Source: an uncultured Gammaproteobacteria bacterium
Lineage (GTDB): Bacteria; Patescibacteriota; Patescibacteriia; Patescibacteriales; UBA12465
Assembly (NCBI GenBank): GCA_964470695.1
Contig: CAYYDR010000001.1
Location: 10,638 to 74,637 of the forward strand
DNA length: 64,000 nucleotides
Direction of reading: 5' to 3'
Position numbers and translations under genes: made by a program. Shown here one piece after another: positions 56,015 to 64,000 of this stretch. Each line of letters starts with the position of its first letter. Position 1 is the stretch's first letter. Below the pieces are notes generated by a model. The model made no database searches, was not told the origin of the DNA, and saw nothing but the letters and a program-made list of their open reading frames with translations.

Positions 56015-56419
56015 ATGATTTATTTAAAAAATTCTTTTAGATTCTTAAAACATTTAATTGCCATTCCACTTGTTTCAACGGTAGTTATACCTTTAGTTAT
56101 TATGGATATTTGGATAGAAATTTATCATCGGATTTGTTTTCCTCTGTATAAATTTCCTTTTGTAAGACGAAAAGATTATATTAAAGTAATGGATAGGGCG
56201 AAATTACCATATCTCAACTTTTTACAGAAGATTTACTGTATGTATTGCGGTTATGGGAATGGCGTTATCCATTATTGGTCAAAGATTGCTGGAGAAACTG
56301 AAAGTTACTGGTGTGGTATTCAGCATAAAAAAGAAGCAGATTTTGCCATTCCTGCTCATCAGGCTAATTTTTCAAAATATGGCGATGCTGAGGAATTTAA
56401 ACAGAAATATTGTAAATAA
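56015..56419 (+). CDS. Hypothetical membrane-anchored Cys-rich protein
   Basis: 134 aa with an N-terminal TM helix and a CMYCGYGNG...YWCG Cys cluster. Confidence 0.35.
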   Translation: MIYLKNSFRFLKHLIAIPLVSTVVIPLVIMDIWIEIYHRICFPLYKFPFVRRKDYIKVMDRAKLPYLNFLQKIYCMYCGYGNGVIHYWSKIAGETESYWCGIQHKKEADFAIPAHQANFSKYGDAEEFKQKYCK

Positions 56420-56433
56420 GATAGTTTAAAATT

Positions 56434-56934
56434 ATGAAAACTTTAATTACTCTTAACCCAGAAAATGCTTCAGATGAGGAAATTGCTAAATTTCGTGTCC
56501 GTGAGGCGGCTCGCGCCGTTGTTTATGATAAGGACGGGAAAATTGCCGTTCTATATGTCTCTAAAGAAAATTATCATAAGCTCCCGGGTGGCGGAATTAA
56601 AGCTGGCGAAGATATTGATCAGGCTTTGAAGCGAGAATGTTTAGAGGAAATTGGTTGTAATATTGAAGTAATGGGCGAAATCGGCGAGACCATAGAATAC
56701 CGAAAAATGTTTGGCTTAAAACAAATTTCCTATGTCTATTTAGCTAATCTAGTCGGGGAAAAGGGAAATCCTAATTATACGGAAAAAGAATTAGCTAATG
56801 GTTTTGAGATTAAATGGTTTTCTTTAGAGGAGGCTTTGAAGGCATTGGAGGCCGATAAGTCATTAGGTAAGGAAGGGGAGTTATATATCGGGCCGAGAGA
56901 TAGGGCAATATTAAGTGCGGTTAAGAATAGATAA
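56434..56934 (+). CDS. NUDIX hydrolase
   Basis: 166 aa. Nudix box GGGIKAGEDIDQALKRECLEEIG (GX5EX7REUXEEXGU) is present. Confidence 0.8.
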   Translation: MKTLITLNPENASDEEIAKFRVREAARAVVYDKDGKIAVLYVSKENYHKLPGGGIKAGEDIDQALKRECLEEIGCNIEVMGEIGETIEYRKMFGLKQISYVYLANLVGEKGNPNYTEKELANGFEIKWFSLEEALKALEADKSLGKEGELYIGPRDRAILSAVKNR

Positions 56935-57012
56935 ATTATAAATTTTAAATTAAAAACCCGCTCACCAATAAATGATTGTGTGCGGGTTTGTTGTATAGAC
57001 TTTCTTTTTAGG

Positions 57013-57633
57013 CTATTTTGTTAAATTATCGTCTGGGATTTCATTTACATCGTCAGCGCTTTTTGGAAACTGTACGCCCAGGTAGCCGCCCAAGGCCTTA
57101 ATATAGGCGGTTAATTCTTCAACAAATTCCCACTTATCTTTCCAGATAATATTAACGAAGTTGAAATAGTTATCTGATGAAAAGTGATTGAGGTTTATGT
57201 TTCTGTCAGGAATTAAGACCGACATTCTTTCAAAGACGCTGACATATATTAAAGTGCCGTTGTGTTTAGCAGTCATTTGTACGCCGCCGGTAAAGAACGA
57301 AGCTTGTGCTCTTTCTAAGACTCGGCGCTGCATTCTTTTATTGCTTATCACGAATCTTCGGCAAGCGGGAATTTTTGAAATTACTAAACCAAATATTCCG
57401 GAAGCTACGACATCAATTAAGGACACGATTCCGCCGTTCCAACCGTTAATGGTCGTAAGGACTAGTTGCAGCACTAATCCGATAAGAATCATGATGAACG
57501 TCCATATCCAGCCAGCATCGGAATAAGAGCTAGATCTGTCCGTTACCTTCCAGGCAATTTCCGCTGAGGTTATTGCTTCAGCTTCTTCAATGGCCTTTTT
57601 AATTTTTTTCTGGTCTTCTGATGTGAGTTTCAA
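57013..57633 (-). CDS. TPM-like membrane protein (partner of the downstream TPM-domain protein)
   Basis: 206 aa. N-terminal segment LTSEDQKKIKKAIEEAEAITSAEIAWKV resembles the start of TPM/YgcG-like domains. Followed by TM helices. Confidence 0.35.
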   Translation of the reverse strand: MKLTSEDQKKIKKAIEEAEAITSAEIAWKVTDRSSSYSDAGWIWTFIMILIGLVLQLVLTTINGWNGGIVSLIDVVASGIFGLVISKIPACRRFVISNKRMQRRVLERAQASFFTGGVQMTAKHNGTLIYVSVFERMSVLIPDRNINLNHFSSDNYFNFVNIIWKDKWEFVEELTAYIKALGGYLGVQFPKSADDVNEIPDDNLTK

Positions 57634-57670
57634 TTTGTTTCTCCTTTTCGTTTTAATTTTTTATTAGTTA

Positions 57671-58555
57671 TTACCAGCTTCCGCTACATCCGCCGCCACC
57701 AAAACTTCCGCCGCCACCGGAAAATCCGCCGCCGGAGAATCCGCTTGATCCGCCGCCGAATGAAGACCCGCTTGATCCGCCACTCCCTTCTAACCAGGCT
57801 TCAACTATATACCGGGCTAACCAACAAATGGCAAATCCGGCTATGGCCATGCCAAACATTATGACTGGGTCAAATCCCCAGAAGAGGGGCCAAGTAATGG
57901 GATAGGCTATGGCGCCGCAAATGCCACTAACTATACCGCTATCTGCACCTATGCCAATAAATCCAGCAATGAAAGCAATAATACCGAGGGTGATTAAGAA
58001 CCAGGTCGTATTGTTTTTCTTCTCAACTTCTTTCTTGACCGATTCAAATTCTCCAGCAATGGTTAATATGATTGCGTCAACTGTTGCCTTGATAGCATCA
58101 TCAAAGTCAGGATGTTTTGCCTTAACTTCAGGCATGAAGCAATGTTCCTTAATATAGAAGCAGGACCCGTCAGGCAGAGCGCCTTCTAAACCGTATCCGA
58201 CCTCTATTCTAAATTGCTTTTCTTTTTTGGCAATGGTTATTAGAACGCCATTGTTTTTGTCTTTTTGTCCTATTCCCCAAGCGGTAGCAATTTTATAGGA
58301 GTATTGTTCAATAGTTGTTTCCTCTCCCATGCTTTCAACCGTCAGGACTACTATTTGAGTAGAGGTAGAGCCTTCATACTTAGTTAGCTTATTTTCAAGT
58401 GAATCACGCGTTTCTTGATTAAATAAGTCCGCGTAATCATTGACGTGTCCCTTTAATTCAGGGATAACTTGGCTATAATCTGGTTCGTTTCCAGATTGCG
58501 AACAACCAAACAAAAATAGCGCTGTTAAAACGATGAATGTGATTTTCCCTTTCAC
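57671..58555 (-). CDS. TPM-domain (PF04536) protein with Gly/Ser-rich C-terminal tail
   Basis: 294 aa with a lipoprotein-like signal (LFGCSQ). TPM pattern present (HVNDYADLFNQETRDSLENKLTKYEGSTSTQIVVLTVESMG...AWGIGQKDKNNGVLITIAKKEKQFRIEVGYGLEG). Tail is GGSSGSSFGGGSSGFSGGGFSGGGG. Confidence 0.7.
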   Translation of the reverse strand: MKGKITFIVLTALFLFGCSQSGNEPDYSQVIPELKGHVNDYADLFNQETRDSLENKLTKYEGSTSTQIVVLTVESMGEETTIEQYSYKIATAWGIGQKDKNNGVLITIAKKEKQFRIEVGYGLEGALPDGSCFYIKEHCFMPEVKAKHPDFDDAIKATVDAIILTIAGEFESVKKEVEKKNNTTWFLITLGIIAFIAGFIGIGADSGIVSGICGAIAYPITWPLFWGFDPVIMFGMAIAGFAICWLARYIVEAWLEGSGGSSGSSFGGGSSGFSGGGFSGGGGSFGGGGCSGSW

Positions 58556-58798
58556 TGCTATCTCCTTACATGTTTGTGAATTATTAGTTATTTTTACTGA
58601 TTTGTAAGATTTAAGCTATAGTTAGCTAAATTAGGTGTGGGCTTAAGTCACAAATTAGTAAAAATAACCTGTTTTTAAAGAATTAATTATTGTACATTAT
58701 TTTAGCATATTTGTCAATAGTACTTGTTAATTTTATTGAAAATTAAAAACCCTCAATTTGATATAATTGAGGGTTTCTGGTTGTATATGGTAATAGTT

Positions 58799-59836
58799 TT
58801 ATTGTTCAATTCCCATGATGGCCGCCGCTCGGGAGGAGTCTACTTCGCCGACAAAATTACTTTCCATCAATTTTTTTATTTCCCCATAAGGAGTATTCTG
58901 CCCTAATAGCCACATTAATTTTGTACTCATCGCCTCCATACACATATCAAAAGCTTGGATAACCCCAGTTTGCAAAGCTTTTAGTCCGACATCATTAATT
59001 CCCATAACAGTAGCGCCGCCTGGGCATTGAGTCGTAACGACTACTGGGACTTCTTTTTTCTTAGCGTATAATAGGGCCTCTTCAAAATCATAGGGAATAT
59101 CGCCAGAGCCGTAAGCTCGTAAAATAAAGCCACGCGTCCCTGAGTCAATTAAATTTTTTAGAAAATCAGCTCGTAAGCCCGGAATTAAAGTTAGGCAGAC
59201 AATTTGTTCCACAAATTTACTTTGCACTTTAAGGGGCTCTTCGTGGCGTGGTTGTTTAAAATTAAAAATAGTGCCAACGCCGATTTCACCAAAATCTTTT
59301 TGATTAAAAGTTCGGAAAGCATCTAACTCTGACTCGCTGACTTTTTTGGCGCGGCAGCCTCTAATAATTTTACTGCCGAAAACGACAAAGACGCCGGCTA
59401 AGTTTAGAGTGGAAAGTCTTAAGGCATTGATGAAGTTGTTGCGGGCGTCAGTAGAAAGAGATTCCGCCGGAATTTGCGCGCCGGTTAAAACGACTGGCTT
59501 GCCGATATTAGGCAGAGCAAAAGATAGAGCGGCCGAGCAGTAAGCCATAGTATTAGTCCCCATGGTGACCACAAATCCGTCGTAATCATTATATTTTTTG
59601 GCAATGGTGTCGGCAATTCTGGTCCACTGGGCGCTAGTCATGTTGGTGCTATCAATATTATCAATAAATTCAATATCAACCTCGCAAATTTGGGAAAAAC
59701 GCGGCTCTAATTTTAGTAATTGATCATAACCATGTGAAACATCTAAAGCCTTAGTTTCATCATTTTTATGCATGGATATGGTCCCGCCGCAAAATAGAAG
59801 AAGAGTTTTACTCATATATTTATAATTAATTATCAA
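58799..59836 (-). CDS. L-asparaginase (type I/GatD-like family)
   Basis: 345 aa. N-terminal FCGGTISM (catalytic Thr) and TMGTNTMAY are present. A terminator hairpin (ccctcaat...attgaggg) lies 3' of the stop on the minus strand. Confidence 0.8.
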   Translation of the reverse strand: MIINYKYMSKTLLLFCGGTISMHKNDETKALDVSHGYDQLLKLEPRFSQICEVDIEFIDNIDSTNMTSAQWTRIADTIAKKYNDYDGFVVTMGTNTMAYCSAALSFALPNIGKPVVLTGAQIPAESLSTDARNNFINALRLSTLNLAGVFVVFGSKIIRGCRAKKVSESELDAFRTFNQKDFGEIGVGTIFNFKQPRHEEPLKVQSKFVEQIVCLTLIPGLRADFLKNLIDSGTRGFILRAYGSGDIPYDFEEALLYAKKKEVPVVVTTQCPGGATVMGINDVGLKALQTGVIQAFDMCMEAMSTKLMWLLGQNTPYGEIKKLMESNFVGEVDSSRAAAIMGIEQ

Positions 59837-59845
59837 TAGAGATTA

Positions 59846-60688
59846 TCAAATTAATAGAGATAAGACAAGGATAAGACTGGCCGCCAATAATTTTTTTAAA
59901 GTGGGCTTTTCTTTTAGAAAAATGATGCTGAGAATAAAAACAAAAATTGGCGTGATGTTGCCTAAGGTTAAAGTTACGCCCGCGCTGCCTCGTGATAAAG
60001 CCCAATATAATAGTACCCATTGTGTGATAACAAATAAACCGCGGAAAAATATCATACGGTACTGGCGGACGGAAATTTTATTTATTGTGAATTTAAAAAA
60101 TAGCACAGAAAATAGAGCAATTAGCATGGCTCTAAACATATAAAGAGTCGGAGCATTAGTAGCCTGAGCAGCGTCTAGTAGGTATTTAGAGGGGATGGCG
60201 GACAATCCAAATAGTATTGATGATAATAAGGCTGGCCATAAAGTAACTTTTTTGAATTGACGGAAATTATCCAGATCAACAGAAAATAAAATTATTAATA
60301 CTAGAATTATTAAACATAATATTATACTGCGCGGGCTAGCCAGGTCGCTTAACAAGAGCCAGCTAAAAAGAAATGTAAAGCCAGGCGCCAGAGATAACAA
60401 GGGCGAGGCAACACTGGCATCGGTATTCTCAAAAGTTTGAAAATAAAAATAATTGGCGGCCGTATCAACTAAAGCAATTATCAGCAGCAAGGCGATATTG
60501 ATAGCCGTCGGTTTAAATTGATAAAAAAATGGAGACAGAAGTAGAAGGACTGCCCCCATGGTGAAAAAATTTATGGCTAGAATGTCACGCGTTTTTAGGT
60601 CCTTTAGAATAGTTCTAGCTAGCAGATTGGCAATGGCCGCAAAAAAAGCGGAAATTATGGAAATGGTGGTGAAATTAAAAAAAGTCAT
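59846..60688 (-). CDS. EamA/DMT-family transporter
   Basis: 280 aa with about 10 TM helices in two halves. Confidence 0.5.
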   Translation of the reverse strand: MTFFNFTTISIISAFFAAIANLLARTILKDLKTRDILAINFFTMGAVLLLLSPFFYQFKPTAINIALLLIIALVDTAANYFYFQTFENTDASVASPLLSLAPGFTFLFSWLLLSDLASPRSIILCLIILVLIILFSVDLDNFRQFKKVTLWPALLSSILFGLSAIPSKYLLDAAQATNAPTLYMFRAMLIALFSVLFFKFTINKISVRQYRMIFFRGLFVITQWVLLYWALSRGSAGVTLTLGNITPIFVFILSIIFLKEKPTLKKLLAASLILVLSLLI

Positions 60689-60937
60689 ATTTTATATATT
60701 GTTTTTCTTAATAATAACATGGAATCAAGAAGTAATAAATGAGCCAATTTTTGATGTTTTTGATAAATAAGTTTTTTAATTAATATTAAGCAAAAATATA
60801 GGTAATTGTTGTCATTTTTATGATTATTGACTCTTTTACTATTGACAATTATCAGTATATTATGGTAATCTTGAAAATTAAACTAAGTTCTCTAAAATCA
60901 AAAAATATCAATTCATAACCAATAATAAGGAGGCCCT

Positions 60938-61993
60938 ATGTTTCTATTTAGTAATCCCGACATAGAAGAAGTAGACCACCTCTTTATTTGTTCGGGGTGG
61001 CACCACTTTAATGATATGTTTCCGTTCTTTAAGTCGCTTAATTGTCCTCATAAATACTATTTTAGTGACACTGGTAGCAGCGAAACATTTTCTATGGAGG
61101 ATTTTGATAGATTTACTTCTAGACGGAAGAAAGTGATTTTGTATTTTTCTTCCCTCAAGTTAGAAGCGATAGTCAACAAGCTCCTCAAAATTTACGACGA
61201 AATAAAATTCGTTAGACTATTCCATGGTATTGCTGGTCCTTGGGCTAAATTTATCCAATCGCCTAGTGGATTAGTTGATGTCGCAGTAGCTGCTTCAGAA
61301 TTAGACGCCGATTTTATCAGGAGATATTCTGATTATCGCGTAGAAATCATCGGTTGGCCCAAGGGAGAAAATTTTTATAATAATAATTGTCTCCATAATA
61401 AACCAATAATTCCTAATTCTGTGCTCGTGGCTTCAAATTGGACAAGAGAAAGGGGCGACTTAAGAATTTGTGATTATATCAATGACTTGAGCGGCCTAGA
61501 CAGAACTTTTATGATTCATCCTCGCATAGAGTTATCACACTCTAGCCAAAGAGGAATGCCGGCAGATTATATTAGTGCCCAGTTTAAAAAAATGGACCCT
61601 TCACTAGTTAAAGTGGTTAGATGCCCCAAAGGCGTGCTAGAACACATGAGAGACAGAGCTGTGCTTATGGGCGTAGTTTCTTCCTCATCATTTGAGTGGC
61701 TCTTATTTAATAGACCCATTATTTTCTTAAAAAAGTCTGAATATCTGAATTTTGGTCCCGTCCTGGATTACGGAGGCGATATCAAAAAGCAGATATTAGG
61801 ATTACTTAATGGGCCAGATGGGTTTTCTTATTTAAGAGAGCTGGCTCGAAGTAAATTGATGAGCCATTTTGACGGGCAATATGCCACTCGTTTCAATGAT
61901 ATGGTCGGAGATTTAGAAAGGCATTTTATCCCAGCTCGCGTATTTTTTGTGCCTAGTACTTCCGGTCGTAGATTTGCAACTTTAGAGCGTTAA
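60938..61993 (+). CDS. CDP-glycerol glycerophosphotransferase-like (TagB/TagF family) candidate
   Basis: 351 aa. C-terminal VLMGVVSSSSFEWLLFNRPIIF resembles the TagF LITDYSSvffdf...kPiIfy motif, and TFMIHPRIE resembles the HP motif. A terminator follows at 61994-62035. Confidence 0.4.
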   Translation: MFLFSNPDIEEVDHLFICSGWHHFNDMFPFFKSLNCPHKYYFSDTGSSETFSMEDFDRFTSRRKKVILYFSSLKLEAIVNKLLKIYDEIKFVRLFHGIAGPWAKFIQSPSGLVDVAVAASELDADFIRRYSDYRVEIIGWPKGENFYNNNCLHNKPIIPNSVLVASNWTRERGDLRICDYINDLSGLDRTFMIHPRIELSHSSQRGMPADYISAQFKKMDPSLVKVVRCPKGVLEHMRDRAVLMGVVSSSSFEWLLFNRPIIFLKKSEYLNFGPVLDYGGDIKKQILGLLNGPDGFSYLRELARSKLMSHFDGQYATRFNDMVGDLERHFIPARVFFVPSTSGRRFATLER

Positions 61994-62156
61994 AAGACTG
62001 TTATATTTTTTAAAACAGTCTTTTTTATTTTTTGATTTAGATTATTTCCATTATTGACTTATCACGGAGATTAAGTAGACTTAATCTATAATATATGGTG
62101 CTTATTAAATTTAAACAAAGTAGTTATTTAACAAATAAAATACATTAGGAGGTAGT

Positions 62157-63275
62157 ATGGAAAAGCAAAATACTGTCTTACCAAGCTTGAAGATTGGCAA
62201 CAAAATAGTGCCTGTTCCGATAGTTTTGGGTCCAATGGGGGCCGGAGTATCTCTGGCTGAATTAGTAGCCAGCGTCGCTAACGAAGGCGGGGCTGGAATT
62301 TTGTCGGTTGTATGTATTAGAAAGATTTGGTCAGACCGACTTAATCGAGCAGTTTCAACCTATGAGGCCGTTGGTTTAGAAATCCAAAAAACCAGAGAAC
62401 TGAGTCCAAATGGGGTAATAGGCATGAACGTTATGGTCGCCGTACAGCGCGACTATCAAGATTCAATCCGATCAGCCATTGATAATAAGATTGATTTCAT
62501 TACCATTGGCGCTGGTCTAATTGGCGATTTACCGGTTATGGATTATCCCCACGAAACATTTATTGCGGTTATTGTATCCAGCGCTAGAGCACTGTCTATA
62601 ATAATTGAAAAATGGAAACGGAATAAATGGGCAGAGCAGGGATATAAATTAGCGGCAGCTATTTTTGAAGGGGATAAAGCCGGTGGTCATCTTGGTTTTA
62701 AGGCCGATCAAATCGGCAAGCCCGAATATAGCATGGAAGCACTTCTGCCCGAAATTAAAAAAGTCGCCCAAGCTAATGGTAATTTTCCCGTTATTGCCGC
62801 AGGCGGCATTTTCACTAATCAAGATATTTTAGACGTCATAGCTCTTGGAGCAGATGGAGTGCAGATGGCTACCCGTTTTATGGCGACTAAAGAATCAAGT
62901 GCTAGTGACGCCTATAAACAGGCCGTTATTGAAACAAATAGTCCTGATGATATTATTGTTTCGTCCGGTTCACCTTGTGGCTTATTATTTAGAGTCTTGG
63001 CCAATTCTCCGATGTATAAAACCCATCTTTTGGCCGGTCGTCCACCCCTTTGCGATAAAGGATTTTTATTGAGAAGGGATGCTAACGGCAAATATACAAT
63101 TTGTCCGGCTAAAAATAATAACAAAGATTTCTTTTGCATCTGTAATGGTCTTGGTGCTTCTTGTGGCCATAACATCGGCGAGGAAGATTTGTATACCGGG
63201 GGCGCAAACGCTTACCGGATTACAAGGATTGAAACAGTTAAAGAAGTTATGAACGAACTCAAGGGTTTAGTTTGA
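62157..63275 (+). CDS. Nitronate monooxygenase/FabK-like FMN TIM-barrel protein with Cys-rich C-terminal extension
   Basis: 372 aa. PVPIVLGPMGAGVSLAELVASVANEGGAGIL and AAGGIFTNQDILDVIALGADGVQMATRF match NMO (PF03060). The tail is CPAKNNNKDFFCICNGLGASCGH. A terminator follows at 63287-63320. Confidence 0.6.
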   Translation: MEKQNTVLPSLKIGNKIVPVPIVLGPMGAGVSLAELVASVANEGGAGILSVVCIRKIWSDRLNRAVSTYEAVGLEIQKTRELSPNGVIGMNVMVAVQRDYQDSIRSAIDNKIDFITIGAGLIGDLPVMDYPHETFIAVIVSSARALSIIIEKWKRNKWAEQGYKLAAAIFEGDKAGGHLGFKADQIGKPEYSMEALLPEIKKVAQANGNFPVIAAGGIFTNQDILDVIALGADGVQMATRFMATKESSASDAYKQAVIETNSPDDIIVSSGSPCGLLFRVLANSPMYKTHLLAGRPPLCDKGFLLRRDANGKYTICPAKNNNKDFFCICNGLGASCGHNIGEEDLYTGGANAYRITRIETVKEVMNELKGLV

Positions 63276-63394
63276 AATAGAAACCCGAAGCCTGGATGAA
63301 TAATCCAGGTTTTTTATTTGCTCTAGCTATTATGATATAATATATTAAAGATTAGGCTTTTGTAGAAAGTTAAGCTGGTTTAAAAATAATCATT

Positions 63395-63928
63395 ATGAAA
63401 AAAATTATAGTTGCCTCAAAAAATCCGGTTAAACTTAAAGCTGCTTTAATTGGCTTTAGTAAAATGTTCCCTAAGGAAAAATTTGTTATTGAAGCGGTCT
63501 CAGCACCTTCCGGCGTTAGCGATCAGCCGCAGAACGAGGCCGAGGCTTTGCAGGGCGCTATTAATAGAATAAAAATAATTCAAAGAGCTAATCCAAAAGC
63601 TGATTTCTATGTTGGTATGGAGGGCGGTATAGAAGAAAAACATGGCGGTATGGAGGCCTATGCCTGGATAGTTATAAAGTCGCGCGAGGGAGTAGTCGGT
63701 AAAGGGAAGACCTGTACTATTTATTTGCCCGAGAAAATTAGGCAATTAATTAAGAAAGGCAAAGAATTGGGCGAGGCTGATGATATTGTTTTCGGCCAGA
63801 AAAATTCTAAACAGAAAAATGGCGCGGTCGGCATTTTGACCGGGAATATTATTACTAGGACCAAATCTTATGCTGAAGCGGTTGTTTGCGCTTTAATCCC
63901 TTTCAAAAATAAAAAACTATATTCTTGA
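63395..63928 (+). CDS. Non-canonical purine NTP phosphatase (YjjX/ITPase-XTPase family)
   Basis: 177 aa. VASKNPVKLKAALIGFSKMF, SGVSDQPQNEAEALQGAINRI, DFYVGMEGGIE and AVGILTGNIITRTKSYAEAVVCALIPF align along the length with E. coli YjjX. Confidence 0.7.
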   Translation: MKKIIVASKNPVKLKAALIGFSKMFPKEKFVIEAVSAPSGVSDQPQNEAEALQGAINRIKIIQRANPKADFYVGMEGGIEEKHGGMEAYAWIVIKSREGVVGKGKTCTIYLPEKIRQLIKKGKELGEADDIVFGQKNSKQKNGAVGILTGNIITRTKSYAEAVVCALIPFKNKKLYS

Positions 63929-64000
63929 AATATTAGGGAAAATTTAGGAAAAGGCGGTTTTTGGAGTGGTTATTTTTTGTTACTATTGACATTTTATCAA

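Noticed and set aside
57723-57790. Gly/Ser-rich repeat at the 3' end of the TPM gene (ggNggN tracts), considered as a tandem DNA repeat
   Set aside because: It is an in-frame coding low-complexity tail, GGSSGSSFGGGSSG... It is described within the CDS rather than as a repeat element.
58724-58906. 60-aa plus-strand ORF between the TPM and asparaginase genes
   Set aside because: It overlaps the 3' end of the asparaginase gene and its terminator hairpin, and is hydrophobic and low-complexity. Likely spurious.
62845-63175. 75-aa and 87-aa ORFs inside the NMO-like gene
   Set aside because: Alternative-frame or antisense shadows of a motif-bearing 372-aa frame.

Overview
This 64 kb window is a low-GC bacterial chromosome segment with compact genes and many small hypothetical proteins. 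It has a CPR/Patescibacteria-like character; that is an impression, not a computed result.

It spans the chromosomal replication-origin neighbourhood: rpmH-rnpA-yidD-yidC on the minus strand, divergent from dnaA-dnaN on the plus strand. Degenerate DnaA boxes and an AT-rich DUE lie in the dnaA-flanking intergenic regions.

Housekeeping genes include:
- pheST and valS
- a class A PBP and a TrmH-family methyltransferase
- plsY, an alpha-glucan phosphorylase and a phosphoglucomutase
- a bacterial Elp3 homologue
- glyA-folD-recQ
- a CsoR-like repressor followed by an atypical thioredoxin (CMPC) and gdhA
- nusA, a K+-independent-type H+-pyrophosphatase, tig and smpB

RNA genes are:
- tRNA-Ile(UAU) and tRNA-Val(GAC)
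- tRNA-Arg(UCU) and tRNA-His(GUG)
- a tmRNA (ssrA) immediately after smpB
- tRNA-Leu(UAA) and tRNA-Gly(GCC)

The most interesting region starts at the 3' end of tRNA-Gly. A 27-nt exact direct repeat of the tRNA 3' end plus a terminator-like hairpin recurs 3.7 kb downstream (47073-47099 and 50778-50804), bracketing an AT-rich insertion with no recognisable integrase. Inside is a two-gene module: a membrane protein, and a 678-aa fusion of a near-canonical sigma-70 region-4 HTH with a KAP-family P-loop NTPase that carries transmembrane helices inside the NTPase domain. This is a candidate undescribed defence or abortive-infection-like system.

A third copy of the hairpin at about 52.97 kb delimits a second module. 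It encodes an orphan PEP-utilising swivel-domain protein and an archaeal-type IMP cyclohydrolase (PurO)-like protein. It is followed by an ImmA/IrrE-like HEXXH protein and a degenerate HD-like protein, consistent with serial accretion of islands at tRNA-Gly.

Other points:
- rpmH (L34) carries an apparent 1-nt insertion that frameshifts its conserved C-terminus.
- A DHH-family homologue has eroded catalytic motifs.
- There is an orphan VirB2/TrbC-like pilin.
- No rRNA genes or CRISPR arrays were seen.
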